Source: Eledone cirrhosa
Lineage: Eukaryota
Direction of reading: 5' to 3'
Assembly (NCBI GenBank): GCA_964016885.1
Contig: OZ024762.1
Span: forward strand, 2,356,001 to 2,420,000
Length of the DNA stretch: 64,000 nucleotides
Positions within the stretch are counted from its first letter, which is position 1. Each line of letters opens with the position of its first letter. Positions 1 through 13,831 of the stretch are shown here, piece by piece. Both the position numbers and the translations under genes were made by a program. Below the pieces are notes generated by a model. It saw only the letters and a list, made by a program, of their open reading frames with translations. It ran no database searches and was not told the origin of the DNA.

Positions 1-250
1 TATTAGTATCGGTAAAGAGTCGGACACTATGTTTTTCAGCATAGAGTTATGGCCCTTTACCGTCCGAGTTCAAATCCCGCCGAGGTTACCTTTGCCTTTC
101 ATCCTTACGGGGTTGATAAAATAAAGTACCAGTAATACACTGGAGTAATTGCTGGCCTTGTGCCTAAAGTAGAAACATTTATTATTGGCATCCATTGGTC
201 TCGAAAAGGATTGATCTGTGCCTGTCTAAATGTCGGGGCCTGACTCTTCT

Positions 251-1270
<1,020 letters not shown>

Positions 1271-1784
1271 TTAAGAGTGCAAAAGAGTGATAATAGTGTT
1301 AACCAGCCATTTAAGGTTGGTCAGTGGGGGGAGGGGGGGGGGGGGTAGTAGTAGTCACAGACATCATCATCATTATTATTATTATTATTCTAAGGGTAGT
1401 GGGTTGCCAGAATCTGGGGTTGTGGGACCCTCTGCCATAATACCTTGTGGTGTTTAATTACGTTTCATCCCTTTAAATTTTTTTAAAAACTTTAACTTAA
1501 CTTTCTGTTCTACGTTGAAATGTGGAGTTTGAATCCCACCGAGGTCAACTTTTGCCTGTCATCCATCTATACCGTAATGAAAGAGATACCAGTCATATGC
1601 TGGTGTTTGTTGGAGTGTCGTCTGCTCCAAGACATCTTCGGCCTGGTGCTTTTTTGAAGAAATAATGGTAATTAAAATAACGACTTTTAATTTAATTATT
1701 ATTATAATTATTGCTGTCTCCCCCCCCCCCCCCCCCACGATAAAATTACTGATCTTGTACCAAAATTAGAAATTATTATTATTA

Positions 1785-3355
1785 TAGAGCATCGGACAAC
1801 ATGCTTCGTAGCATAGAGTTATGGCTCTTTACGGTCTGAGTTCAAATCCCGCCGAGGTTAGTTTTGCCTTTCATCCTTACGGGGTTGATAAAATAAAGTA
1901 CCAGTAATGTACTGGGGTGATTGCTGACTTTGTGCCAAAAGTAGAAACTATTATTACAGGGTTAGTAAAATAAAGTACCAGTAATACACTGGCGTAATTG
2001 CTGGCCTTGTGCCAAAAGTAGAAACTATTATTACAGGGTTGATAAAATAAAGTACCAGTAATACACTGGGGTAATTGTTGGCCTTGTACCAAAAGTAGAA
2101 ACAATTATTATTATTAGGGCAGTGGATTGGCAGAGTCGATAGAGCGCCGGACATGCTTCACAGCATAGAGTTACATCCCTTTACGGTCTGAGTTCAAATC
2201 CTGTCGAGGTTAACTTTGCCTTTCATCCTTACGGGGTCGATAAAATAAAGTACCAGTAATACACTGGGGTCGATTTAATCGACTTTGCTCTCCCCCCAAA
2301 TTACTGGCCTTGTGCCTATACTAGAAATCATTATTAAGGGCAGTAAGAGCGGTGTTTTGGCAGAATCAGTAGAGCGTCGGACAACATGCTTCACAGCATA
2401 GAGTTATGACCTTTTACATACTGAGTTCAAATCTCACCAAGGTTAGCTTTACGGGGTCTCGACTTTTCCCCCAAAAAAAATTGCTGGCCTCGTGCCTAAA
2501 GTAGAAACAATTATTTTTATTATTATTATTATTAAGGGCAGGGAATTGGCAGTATCGGTAGAGGGTCAGACAGCATGCTTTGCAGCATAGAGTTGCGCCT
2601 CTTTATAGTCTGAGTTCACTTTGCCTTTCATCCTTACAAGGTCGATAAAATAAAGTACCAGTAATACACTGGGGTAATTGTTGGCCTTGTGCCAAACGTA
2701 GAAACTATTATTACAGGGTTAGTAAAATAAAGTACCAGTAATACACTGGGGTAATTACTGGCCTTGTGCCAAACGTAGAAACTATTATTACAGGGTTAGT
2801 AAAATAAAGTACCAGTAATACACTGGGGTAATTGCTGGCCTTGTGCCAAACGTAGAAACTATTATTACAGGGTTAGTAAAATAAAGTACCAGTAATACAC
2901 TGGGGTAATTGCTGGCCTTGTGCCAAAAGTAGAAACTATTATTATTAAGGGCAGTAGATTGCAAGCCCATTAGAGCATCAGGTATATATAACCGTTAGCA
3001 GTATTTCATCTGGCTCATTATGTCCTGAGATTTGATCTGAGTTCAAATCCTGTCGAGGTCAGTTTTACTCTTCATCCTGTCACCCCTTCACATCTTCCAG
3101 GGTCGGTAAAATAAAGTACCAGTGAGGTACTACAGGGCAGGGGGCGCTGGGCGATATCACCGACCCTCGCATTCCACCCACCACCCCCTACCCTCCATAA
3201 ACATAAATTGCTGGCTTTGTGCTTAAATGAGAAACTGTTAATCCCTTCCAATGAACTAAAATACCGTACCAGTCACGCGCTGGTAGTCGATTAAATCAAT
3301 TTTCCACCCTCTCCCTTAAAATTGCTGGCCTTGTGCCTCAATCAGAAACAATTAT
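1785..3355 (+). mobile_element. Cluster of tRNA-derived SINEs (family 1) with 77-bp tandem duplications of the 3' part
   Basis: Box A (tggcagagtcggtagagc) and box B (gagttcaaatcc), core gcctttcatccttacggggtcgataaaataaagtacc, (ATT)n tail. Further copies at 1-180, 17655-17855(-), 33180-33590, 34395-34610, 35262-35455, 40787-41097, 55184-55375, 57683-57872(-). Confidence 0.85.
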
Positions 3356-3794
3356 TATTATAATTATTGTTGTTGTTGTTGTTGTAGTTAATGTCTGTAG
3401 TCCCACTATGTCCCCCCCCCCACCTCCCTCCATTGCAGACAGAATTGAATGTTTGTGTCACATTTTTTAAGTTATATATATATGTATATGTGTGTGTGTG
3501 TGTGTGTATATATGTGTGTGTGTGTATATATATGTGTGTATATGTGTATGTGTGTAGATATATATATATACATACACACATATATATACATATATACACA
3601 AATACATATATATATACATGTATACTTATATATACATATATATATATAAGTATACATGTGTATATATATGTATTTGTGTATATATATTTGTGTATATATA
3701 TATGTGTGTGTGTATATAGCTATATATACACATATATATACATATATACACAAATATATATACACAAATACATATATATATACACATGTATACT

Positions 3795-3829
<35 letters not shown>

Positions 3830-3916
3830 GTATTTATATTCATATATATCCAAATATATACATATATATATATACACACACATATGTATATATATATATG
3901 TATTTATATGCATATG

Positions 3917-3947
<31 letters not shown>

Positions 3948-3989
3948 ATATGATATATAATATATATATATTATATATCTATCTATCTA

Positions 3990-4042
<53 letters not shown>

Positions 4043-4376
4043 GAAATAGCAACAGAAGCTACACTTTAACAATAAATAATATAGTTTAAAAATGGTAACA
4101 AATGTTATGGCATCACTTCTGTTTCATTTCTAAACCTTCTCTCACAGCCTTCCAGACATACTTCCTCATCTAGTTATATATATATATGTGTGTGTGTATA
4201 TATATATATATGTGTGTATACATATATGTGTGTATACATATATGTGTGTATACATATATGTGTGTATACATATATGTGTGTATACATATATGTGTGTATA
4301 CATATATGTGTGTATACATATATGTATGTATATATATGTATGTATGTATGTATATATGTATGTATGTATATATATG

Positions 4377-4429
<53 letters not shown>

Positions 4430-4430
4430 G

Positions 4431-4461
<31 letters not shown>

Positions 4462-4524
4462 GTATGTGTATATATATATGTGTATATATATATGTGTATA
4501 TATATATGTGTATATATATATGTG

Positions 4525-4561
<37 letters not shown>

Positions 4562-4564
4562 GTG

Positions 4565-4615
<51 letters not shown>

Positions 4616-4626
4616 GTATCTATATG

Positions 4627-4727
<101 letters not shown>

Positions 4728-4770
4728 GTATATATATATATGTATATATATATATGTATATATATATATG

Positions 4771-4833
<63 letters not shown>

Positions 4834-4919
4834 GTATATATATATATGTATATATATATATGTATATATATATATGTATATATATATATGTATATATATA
4901 TATGTATATATATGTATGT

Positions 4920-4988
<69 letters not shown>

Positions 4989-5682
4989 TATGTATGTATA
5001 TATATATATATGTATATATATATACATGTATATGTATGTATGTGTGTATGTGTATGTATATATGTGTATATATATATATGTGTATATATATGTGTATATA
5101 TATATAGGAGGAGGTATGTTCTTCCTACTCTTCATCTTTTCCTCTCCCCCACCTCCTCGCTACTTCCTTATCTCTATATTCACCCTTCCCCCTCCTCCAC
5201 TTCACCAACTTTTTCCTTGACTTAAAAAAATCAAATGGAAAAAAAAAATAATTAAAAAAAACGCAAAAAAAAAAAAGAAACCTTGAATTAAAAGCAACTG
5301 GTTTGTTTGTTTGTTTGTCATTTTTTTTTTTTTTTTAATGTATAAATAAATTTATGGGCAAAACCAGCCAGCAGGTGGCGCAAGGGTAGGCCCACCCCAA
5401 GCAAGATGGTTAGATAACGTCCATGAGTTTGGCTGGTTTCGCCGGATCAGTTGGAGACAGTTGCTTCTGACAGGACCCGCTGGAGGGAGTGTTTGAGGAC
5501 TCTGACCCCACGACGACCCTCTCGGGAATAAATGGGTGAAAAAGATGTCGATTACCTTCCATTATATATATGTCTGTGTATATATATATATATATATATG
5601 TTTATCCCAGGTTCAATCAGGGGTAACCACAGTAAGTAAGGTACTCAATACATAGCAGAGAATAAATATATAGTATAGAAAT

Positions 5683-5733
5683 GGCTTCTACAGGACTAGA
5701 ACTGTTTCATTCAGGAGAAATCATCAGGAAGCC
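5683..5733 (-). ncRNA. Type I hammerhead ribozyme (family A)
   Basis: Minus strand GGCUUC-CUGAUGA-UUUC-UCCU-GAAU-GAAA-CAG-UUCUAGUC-CUG-UA/GAAGCC: 6-bp stem I, intact core, stem II, stem III, GUA cleavage triplet. Confidence 0.85.
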
Positions 5734-5952
5734 GACTGTCAAAAGGAATAAATGAACCTTAAAAATTAGGAATGCCTCTCAGTGTTTGTTTGTCTATAGG
5801 TACTTAGCGTGCATTCTTTTCTGCCTTTGTATCACTATATTTCTCTCTAAATATAGTTTTTAAAGAATCCCCTTTCTTTAAATCCATCAACCAATGACTT
5901 CCACCTATCCCAATCGCCACCCTCTCCAACCACCATATTACATTGACAGTCA

Positions 5953-6001
5953 GCTTCCTGATGAATTCTCCCAAATGAAACAGTTCTAGTCCTGTAGAAG
6001 C
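5953..6001 (+). ncRNA. Type I hammerhead ribozyme (family A)
   Basis: GCUUC-CUGAUGA-AUUC-UCCC-AAAU-GAAA-CAG-UUCUAGUC-CUG-UA/GAAGC; predicted cleavage after 5996. Confidence 0.85.
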
Positions 6002-6368
6002 CATTTCTATATTAAATATATGATTATTATCACTAAGTATCTCTATTTGAAGTTTTCGTTAAATTTTAATATGCTACCTCTGTAACTATGTGTTCTTACA
6101 CTCTTTACAAATTATCCCCTGTCAATGTTTGATATGTTTATATATATATATATATATATATATAAATGAGAGGTATAGAGATTGTTTTAGCAAGAAGCTA
6201 ACGGCATTCTATAACATATATATATATATATGTATATATATATGTCAATCGACCTTTAATTTAATTTTTTAATAAATGCCCAGGTTTATTCGCTACAATC
6301 TCTGAGCTTCGTCTTCAGGTGGTATATTTTTTGATCTTCTCAGACATGACATCTAATACTTTGTTAGC

Positions 6369-6404
<36 letters not shown>

Positions 6405-7084
6405 AGAGTATTGAAGTTTGCTTGAAGCATTGTGGAATAATAAGGTATATTTCTTTAGGTTGTTTTGGAAACCTCAACAATGCAGATAGGTAAATCTGCG
6501 GGTAACAAGATCCGGTGGTGGAGAGAGAGAGATGTAAGTGAATGTAGGTTGAGATGTGTAGTGTGTAGAAGAGTGTAGAAAGGATAACAATAATAATAAC
6601 ACGAGATAACAATTAAATCTCTCCCAAGGTAACTCTATCAACATATGATATCTCTCTCCACAAAGTCCGATCACCGATAGCTGAGTTTAAAGAGCAAAGA
6701 TCAAGTCCAGTCCATAAGTTGACATTGTCAAGCCATCGCTTTGGCTGCCGGCCTCTGTTTCTCTTACCAGACATAACCTACTCACATCACGAGTTGATCT
6801 TTTTACATGACTGTATAGTTTGAGTACTCTTTACTTGACAATTGATGTAATTGGTCTTAGTTTGGTAATAAATACTAAGACCAAAATCCAGAGAGGACTC
6901 GATAAGGGTTGTATATATATAAAAGTATATATAAACCCGTAGAGCAAATATTTATTATTAATACAGATTAAAAGTTTAAACAAAAATATTTCTGCTTTTA
7001 CCCTAAGTAGGATCATCTGAAACAGAAAAGTTAATCTGGAGACATAGAAATATTTAAAAAAATCTACAACCAAATATTGCCTTT

Positions 7085-7850
7085 AGAAAACAGGAAGACA
7101 TAAGAGTAGTATGTGAGAATGTTCTCTTAAGATGAGCGAAGTCTATGCAAGGAGAATTACATCATTATGTGCAACGAGAACAAATTCTTGCTAAAGAAAG
7201 ATCATGTTCAGCTACCATATATGGAAAATGATATTAATAGCAGTAAAATGATTAAAGATACTGTATTCATAAATGAAGATATAGTGTATGAACATTTATA
7301 CACATGTACAGGTATGTGTGCGCATGAACGTATGTATACATGCACACATATATATATATATATATATATATGTATACATGTAAATGCCATAGAAAACCTG
7401 CCAGAGACACTTCCGTATGAACGAGACACGGTCTGTAGACCAATCCCGCATCAAATGGAACAAAACCATCTAACCCATGCTAGCGTGGAAAATCGACGTT
7501 TAACAATGATGATGATATATATAAAATTAATTATAAGTATGGATGAGGTGTCAAACTTTCATTAAGTTTGTATATATATATATACACACATATATAAAAT
7601 GTGGGTAATATTAAATATCCAATTACAAGTATATTCCAGAGCCGGAATACTTTATAGATAACAATCACTGATTGTTATTTATATATATATACATATATAT
7701 ATTGAGTATAAAATTAGATTGTTCTTAGCTATCACATCAGCTAACAATTTGTTTATCAGCTAACGAGCATATTTTCACCGATCATTCCACATATTACAAT
7801 GAAGCTCTAGCTCGGACTGGATTTCTAGATAAGGTAGAATACACAAAGTA
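7085..7850 (+). pseudogene. Penelope-like element protein fragments
   Basis: About 7755-7850 reads LSANEHIFTDHSTYYNEALARTGFLDKVEY, resembling the post-RT segment of Poseidon-type PLEs; about 7140-7210 (LC..IIMCNENKFLL) resembles the GIY-YIG C-terminal tail. The intervening sequence includes a SINE tail and microsatellite. Confidence 0.4.
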
Positions 7851-7854
7851 TGAG

Positions 7855-9850
7855 CAAGGCCACTTCTCTGAAGGGATCAGGGTCCTATCTTCTTTCCTAC
7901 TCACTAGCACTTTACTTTTAGCTACATTTACTCTCAGACCCTTCGATTCCAAATTCCATTTCCATAGACAGAACCTATTCTCTAGTATTTTATAAGGACC
8001 AAATCATCTACATAGAGAAGTTCCCATGGACAGCCAGTTTTAAATTCCTCTGTTATGGCTTGGGGAAGTATGCTGAACAGTCGTGGGCTAAGAACTGAAC
8101 CTACTTGTACATTGAATTCTTCACTAAACTCACTTCCTACTCTCACTTTACTGACAGCTCCTCTGTACATGACTTGCACTGCTCTCACAAGCTATTCTTT
8201 TACACCTAAGTTCCTTAAAGACCACCAGATAATAGATCAAGGTACTCCTTTTCAAGATCAACAAAAGCTAAATATAATGGCTTATTCTTGGCTAGGTACT
8301 ACTCTTGCAGTTGCCTCACTAAGAAGAGGGCATCTGTAGTACTTTTCCCAGGCATGAAACCAAACTGCATCTCATTTATTTTGACTCCTTCCCTCATTAG
8401 CTGTGCTATAACTCTTTCTGTCACTTTCATAACTTTGCCCATTAGTTTTATTCCTTTATAGTTGCTCCTTTCTATGGCATCACCTTTGTCCTTGTAGCAA
8501 TTTATGATTGCACTGCTGCGCCAGTCATTGGGTATGACTCTGTCCTGTATTACTTGATTGACTATGTAGGTTACTAGTTTGATTCCTACTTCTTTTGGTG
8601 CTTTCAGTATCACAGCAACTATCTCTGATGGTCCAGCAGCTTTACCATTCTTCATCTCTTTGATTGCTTCTTTAACCCTATAACTGTCAACTTCAATGGC
8701 CCTTCTGGTGGGTAAGTTGGGAGCAGTTTCTCTTCCTCCCATTCATTCTCTACATTCATCAATCTCTCATAGTAACATTTCCTGGCCTCTTTCTTTCGGG
8801 CATCAGCGCTGCTATGTTCATCAGTGTTATTTCTAACACTTTTTCCCCCCCAACATCTTATGTCTCTGCTGCCCCCATTTTTCCAGTCTTTCATTGGCTT
8901 TAATGTCTCTATCTACCATGCTGTTCCACCACCAGGTCACCCTCTGTCTGGTTGGTGCTTTACTCCAGGCACAAGTCTTGTCTGTAGTGTGCAAAAGGTT
9001 GTCACGTAAGAATTTCCAGTTGTCCTCTACGTTATATGTACCTAGCTCGTCACCCCTCTTATCTACTTCATCCTGTGGGGCCTTTCTAAACCTATATTTA
9101 ACCCAAAAGGCCTTTCTTTCCATCTCCCTATTTTCCAGCATATCTTGTTCTGTCTCATGTTTATATTGAACTCACTAATATCTAACTTGTGTTAGACGGT
9201 GCATTCTTCCCCAGGGGAGGCCTTAGTGTTTATTTCAGTCTGTTTATCTTGTAAGTAATCAATTTTGCTTGTGTGTTCACCTGATTGATATGAAATCAGG
9301 TGGCTGGCTGCTTTCCTGAAATTTGTGTTTGTAAATGGTTAGTTCATTCGCATCACAGAATATCAGGAGTCTCAGACCCTTTTCAGTTCTTGAGCCATAA
9401 CCATAGCTACCATGAACTCCACAGAATCCATCATGGTAGTGCCCACATGTCCATTAAAGTCACCTGTCAGGATGATGAGGTCTCTTTCATCAGTAACTGA
9501 AATTATCTGTAAAAGTCCTTCATAGAAACTGTCCCTTTCGTCTTCACTCAGTCCTACCTGTGGAGCATTGGTAGATATAATTGTCACCAGTCTATTTCCT
9601 ACAGTTAATCTAAGCTTGATGATTCTCTCACTCTAACTACCTCTATCATCTATCCATTTCTCAGTTAGTAAAATGTCAACATTTCATACCCTATTGTCAT
9701 TTCATACCCACTAGAGTTTCTATCTCTGTTGCTTGCCTCAGTCTTCCTGACGCACCTCTCCATCTCACTTCTTGTATATGACACACATCTACTTCTCTCT
9801 AACAGGTCCGACCACAATTTCACCTGATTTACCTCTCACGTGCTCAGTGG
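7855..9850 (-). mobile_element. Decayed RTE-clade LINE (APE endonuclease and reverse transcriptase)
   Basis: Frameshifted fragments APQVG..GDFNGHVG (APE), MKNGKAAGP, KGDA..SNYKGIKL, QFGFMPGKSTTDA, GSVLSP.LF, ELLYVDDLVL (RT). Confidence 0.9.
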
Positions 9851-10369
9851 TCACACTGCACACCCAGTGGATCATAGCTCTGTCATTTCTTCTGAGCTGA
9901 TTCAGACAGTCGGAAACGTGTGTGTGTGTGTTAAGTATTGCTGGGTAAAGGAAAGAAAAGAGTGCTCTATGTATCGTACAGAGCTATTTAATTATGTAAT
10001 AAACAAGATTGTGTTGCTTATTACATAACAAAGAATATAGATATAACAAAGACGGTGTAGTAAGGAACCAGGTGTACCATAACACACCAGAGTACTCAAT
10101 ACTTGGGGTAGTAGAGTGGGTAATAGGAAAAGATTCAGGACCCCAACAGCTGAGTTCCGGCCATTTTGACAGATAGATCCGTCGGGGTCCTGAATCGTTT
10201 CATATATATATAGGAGAAAGTATGACCCCGACTAGTCCAGAATTAGCCATCGAAACGGCTTGAGCTCTGCCGTCGGGGTCATACTTTCTCCTATTACGCA
10301 CTCTACTACCCTAAGTATTGAGTACTCTGGTGCGTTATGGTCCATCTGGTTCCTTACCACAACTCCTTG

Positions 10370-10414
<45 letters not shown>

Positions 10415-10418
<4 letters not shown>

Positions 10419-10710
10419 TATATGTTGGTACCACAACATCCAGTCCGAAACAAATGAGGTTGTGTAGGTGTCATGACAAAAAAAACACACAGTCCACGCT
10501 GTAATGTGGCCGTGTAGGTAACACGGTAAAAACCTCCCAGTCCACACTGTAAACGTGGTTGGTGTTAGGAAGGGCATCCAGCCGTAGAAAACCCGCCAGA
10601 CAGTCCTATACGAGCAGGACAACAAATCTTGCCTCAAGTGGGAAAACTCCCGTCTAAACCCATGCAAGCGTATAAGATGGACGCTAAACGATGATGATGA
10701 TGATGATGAT
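10415..10710 (+). mobile_element. Abundant RTE-associated short element with (GAT)n tail (family 3)
   Basis: ggttggtgttaggaagggcatccagccgtagaaaacc...aacccatgcaagcg..ggacgctaaacgatgatgat; more than 15 copies in the window (e.g. 16845-17125-, 22280-22575+, 23455-23750-, 46265-46570+, 54760-54965+, 55384-55870- with 48-bp internal tandem array). Confidence 0.75.
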
Positions 10711-12334
10711 ATATATAAAAGGATTGATCGACTTTCGTCAAATCGGACCGAGGAAACAATGTTTCCATTGGTCTTTCCAGTTGCTAGTAACATCTATTGG
10801 CTGCAACCCCAGGTAGAAGGAGCAATGTGAAATAAAGTGCCTTGCTACTACTACTACTACTAAAACTCTGTGATTATGTGCTTGTCTGTGATGTAATACA
10901 GAGAAAACGGCGCATAATGGGAAAATACTTTGAAAGGAAGTTGACCCCGAAATGGGAATAAATTGAAGCACGGATTCTCGAGATATGGGGTTTTCTGGGT
11001 ACCGTCATAAATAGAGAGAGAGAAAAAGAGATAGTGGTTGTGAGAGAGAGAGAGGAGACAGAGAAGGAAAATGAAAGAGAGAGAGAAAGCTGTAAAAATT
11101 ATTTCTGAGTGACCCAACACAACCACACCCAGACACTCACACACACACTCACACACACACACTCTCCCAGGCATTCACACACAAACACACACTCACACAC
11201 ACACACTCTCCCAGGCATTCACACACTCACCCAGCCACTCACACACACACACTCTCCCAGGCATTCACACAAACACACACTGACCCAGCCACTCACACAC
11301 TCTCCCAGTCACTCACACACATGCACACACACAGCAAGTCACTCACACACACACTCTCTCAGTCACTCATACACACACACAGCCATACTCACCAAGCTAC
11401 TCACACTCACCAAGCCACTCACACTCACCAAGCCACACATACACACACATTTCCAGATGCGAAACATTCTACCGGAAGTTCAAATTCCTATTATCATTTG
11501 TTTCAAATGCAAAAACTTTCAACGGAATTTAGACGTTAAAGTCATTCTCTCCCTCATATATATATATATATGTATATATACACATATATATATGTATAAA
11601 TATATGTATATATATGTATGTGTGTATAAATATATATAACACACACACACATGTATATATATGTGTGTGTATATAAATATATATATATATATATAGAAGT
11701 AGTTCCACAACAGTTAATTCACCATTTCCAAGAACAATTGTTTCACCTTTTTTTTGTTTTAATCAAAGGTGATGATCCGAAAAAGGTGAAAGAATCAATC
11801 TCGGAAATGGTAAACCAACTGTTGTGGAACTACTTCTACCTAACTCGTCCCAAGGACTGAGTGCTCTACTACTAACATCTAGTATAATAATAATAATTGT
11901 TTCTACTTTTGGCACAAGGCCAGCAATTATCCAGTGCATTACTGGTACTAATGAAATTATTGTGTATATATACCTATATGTATATATAAACACACAAACA
12001 TATATATATATATAAACATATATATATATATATATATATAAACATATGCATATATAAATACACACACACACATATATATATATGTAAACATATGCATATA
12101 TAAATACACACACACACATATATATATATATAAACATATATGTATATATAAATACACACATATATATATATAAACATATATGTATATATAAATACACACA
12201 CTATATATATATATATATAAACATATATATGTATATATAAATACACACATATATATATATATATATAAACATATATATGTATATATAAATACATACACAT
12301 ATATATATATAAACATATATATGTATATATAAAT

Positions 12335-12371
<37 letters not shown>

Positions 12372-12925
12372 ACCGGGTATTGTTACCCGGAGATTTATGT
12401 ATATAAATATACATACATAGATATAGAGATTATATATATAATATATATATATAATTGCCCACTGGTAGTGCACCCGAGTAATACGTAAGTCTTGTGTTGT
12501 TTATTACATAATTATATATACATATATATATACACACACATATATATATGTGTGTGTATATATATTTGTGTATATATAGACGTGACTATGCACAGCTTGA
12601 CGACATAAACACAGTAAGTAGTATATTTTCACATTTAATATTATTATTACTATATGTATATTAGATAGTTTGTCCTGATGCATGTAAATTATTTATATTA
12701 CACACTCATGCACACACACACACTCACACACATGCACACAAACAAACACTCACACAGATATGCACACACACAAACATGCACACACACACAGACATGCACA
12801 CACACAGATACACAGACATGCACACACACAAACACTCACACACTCACACAGATACACAGACATGCACACACATAAACACTCACACAGATACACATATGCA
12901 CACACACAAACACTCACACAGACAT

Positions 12926-13000
<75 letters not shown>

Positions 13001-13396
13001 CACTCACACAGAAACACAGACTTGCGCACATACACTCACACAGAAACACAGACTTGCGCACACATAAACACTCACACACACACATATATATATACACTCA
13101 CACAGACTTGCGCACACATATATATATACACTCACACAGAAACAGACATGCCCACACATAAACTCGCACAGAAATGCACACATATACACTTATATATATA
13201 CACTCACATTTATATACACACACACACACATATATATATATATAGAAAAAGAGATGAAATCGAAAATGCAACTGGAGTCTTATTTTAAAAAATATATATA
13301 TATATTTATTTGGTTCCTTTCCCGGTTTCGCAGTTCTTCTGCTTTTCAAAAGTAGAGTTGAGATGGAGAAAACCACAGACCCTCCATCTCAACTCA

Positions 13397-13434
13397 CCTT
13401 TTGAAAAGCAGAAGAACTGCGAAACCGGTAAAGG
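13397..13434 (+). ncRNA. Minimal type I hammerhead ribozyme, U3-A8 core variant
   Basis: CCUU-UUGAAAA-GCAG-AAGAA-CUGC-GAAA-CCGG-UA/AAGG: stems I and II perfect, palindromic short stem III (ACCGGU), GUA site. Confidence 0.75.
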
Positions 13435-13567
13435 AACCAAATAAATATATATTTAAAAAAAAAAAAATAAGACTCCAGTTGCATTTTCGATTTCATCTTT
13501 TTTCCTTTATACTTTCACTCGTGTAGGACACCTCGGTTATTTTTCATTTTGTAAAAAAAACCCTCAC

Positions 13568-13606
<39 letters not shown>

Positions 13607-13742
13607 CCAAATAGAGGTTATGAGTACACCCTGTTCGGGTGACTGATTCCAGAAAGTTCCCAGGAAAGCGGTTCTTGGAGTAATAATAGTAAAAGAGTGA
13701 ATAATAAGATGGATCAGCTGTACAGTAGGGTTTATTCCAAGA

Positions 13743-13831
13743 ATTAACAATCTTTTCATTAGTCTGGTCTATCTAAAGATCGCTGTTCGTAAAAAGCTAC
13801 TTCTCTTGATACCCGACCAAATCTTCAGAAT
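13743..13831 (-). ncRNA. Type I hammerhead ribozyme with long stem II (stem III mutated in this copy)
   Basis: AUU-CUGAAGA-U-UUGGUC...GACUAA-U-GAAA-agauu-GUU/AAU; the sister copy near 35172-35202 preserves GAAACAAUUGUU/AAUAUU. Confidence 0.65.

Noticed and set aside
2115-2215. Possible tRNA genes (box A/box B motifs)
   Set aside because: These are SINE heads continuing into a conserved SINE body; no complete cloverleaf.
6275-6325. Minus-strand CUGAAGA...GCGAAU hammerhead candidate (similar weak candidates at 18295-18350 and 58225-58287)
   Set aside because: GAAA, stem III and stem I cannot all be formed; too degenerate to call.
11470-11480. ETS-like ACCGGAAGT motif as a promoter
   Set aside because: A single short motif with no supporting TSS evidence.
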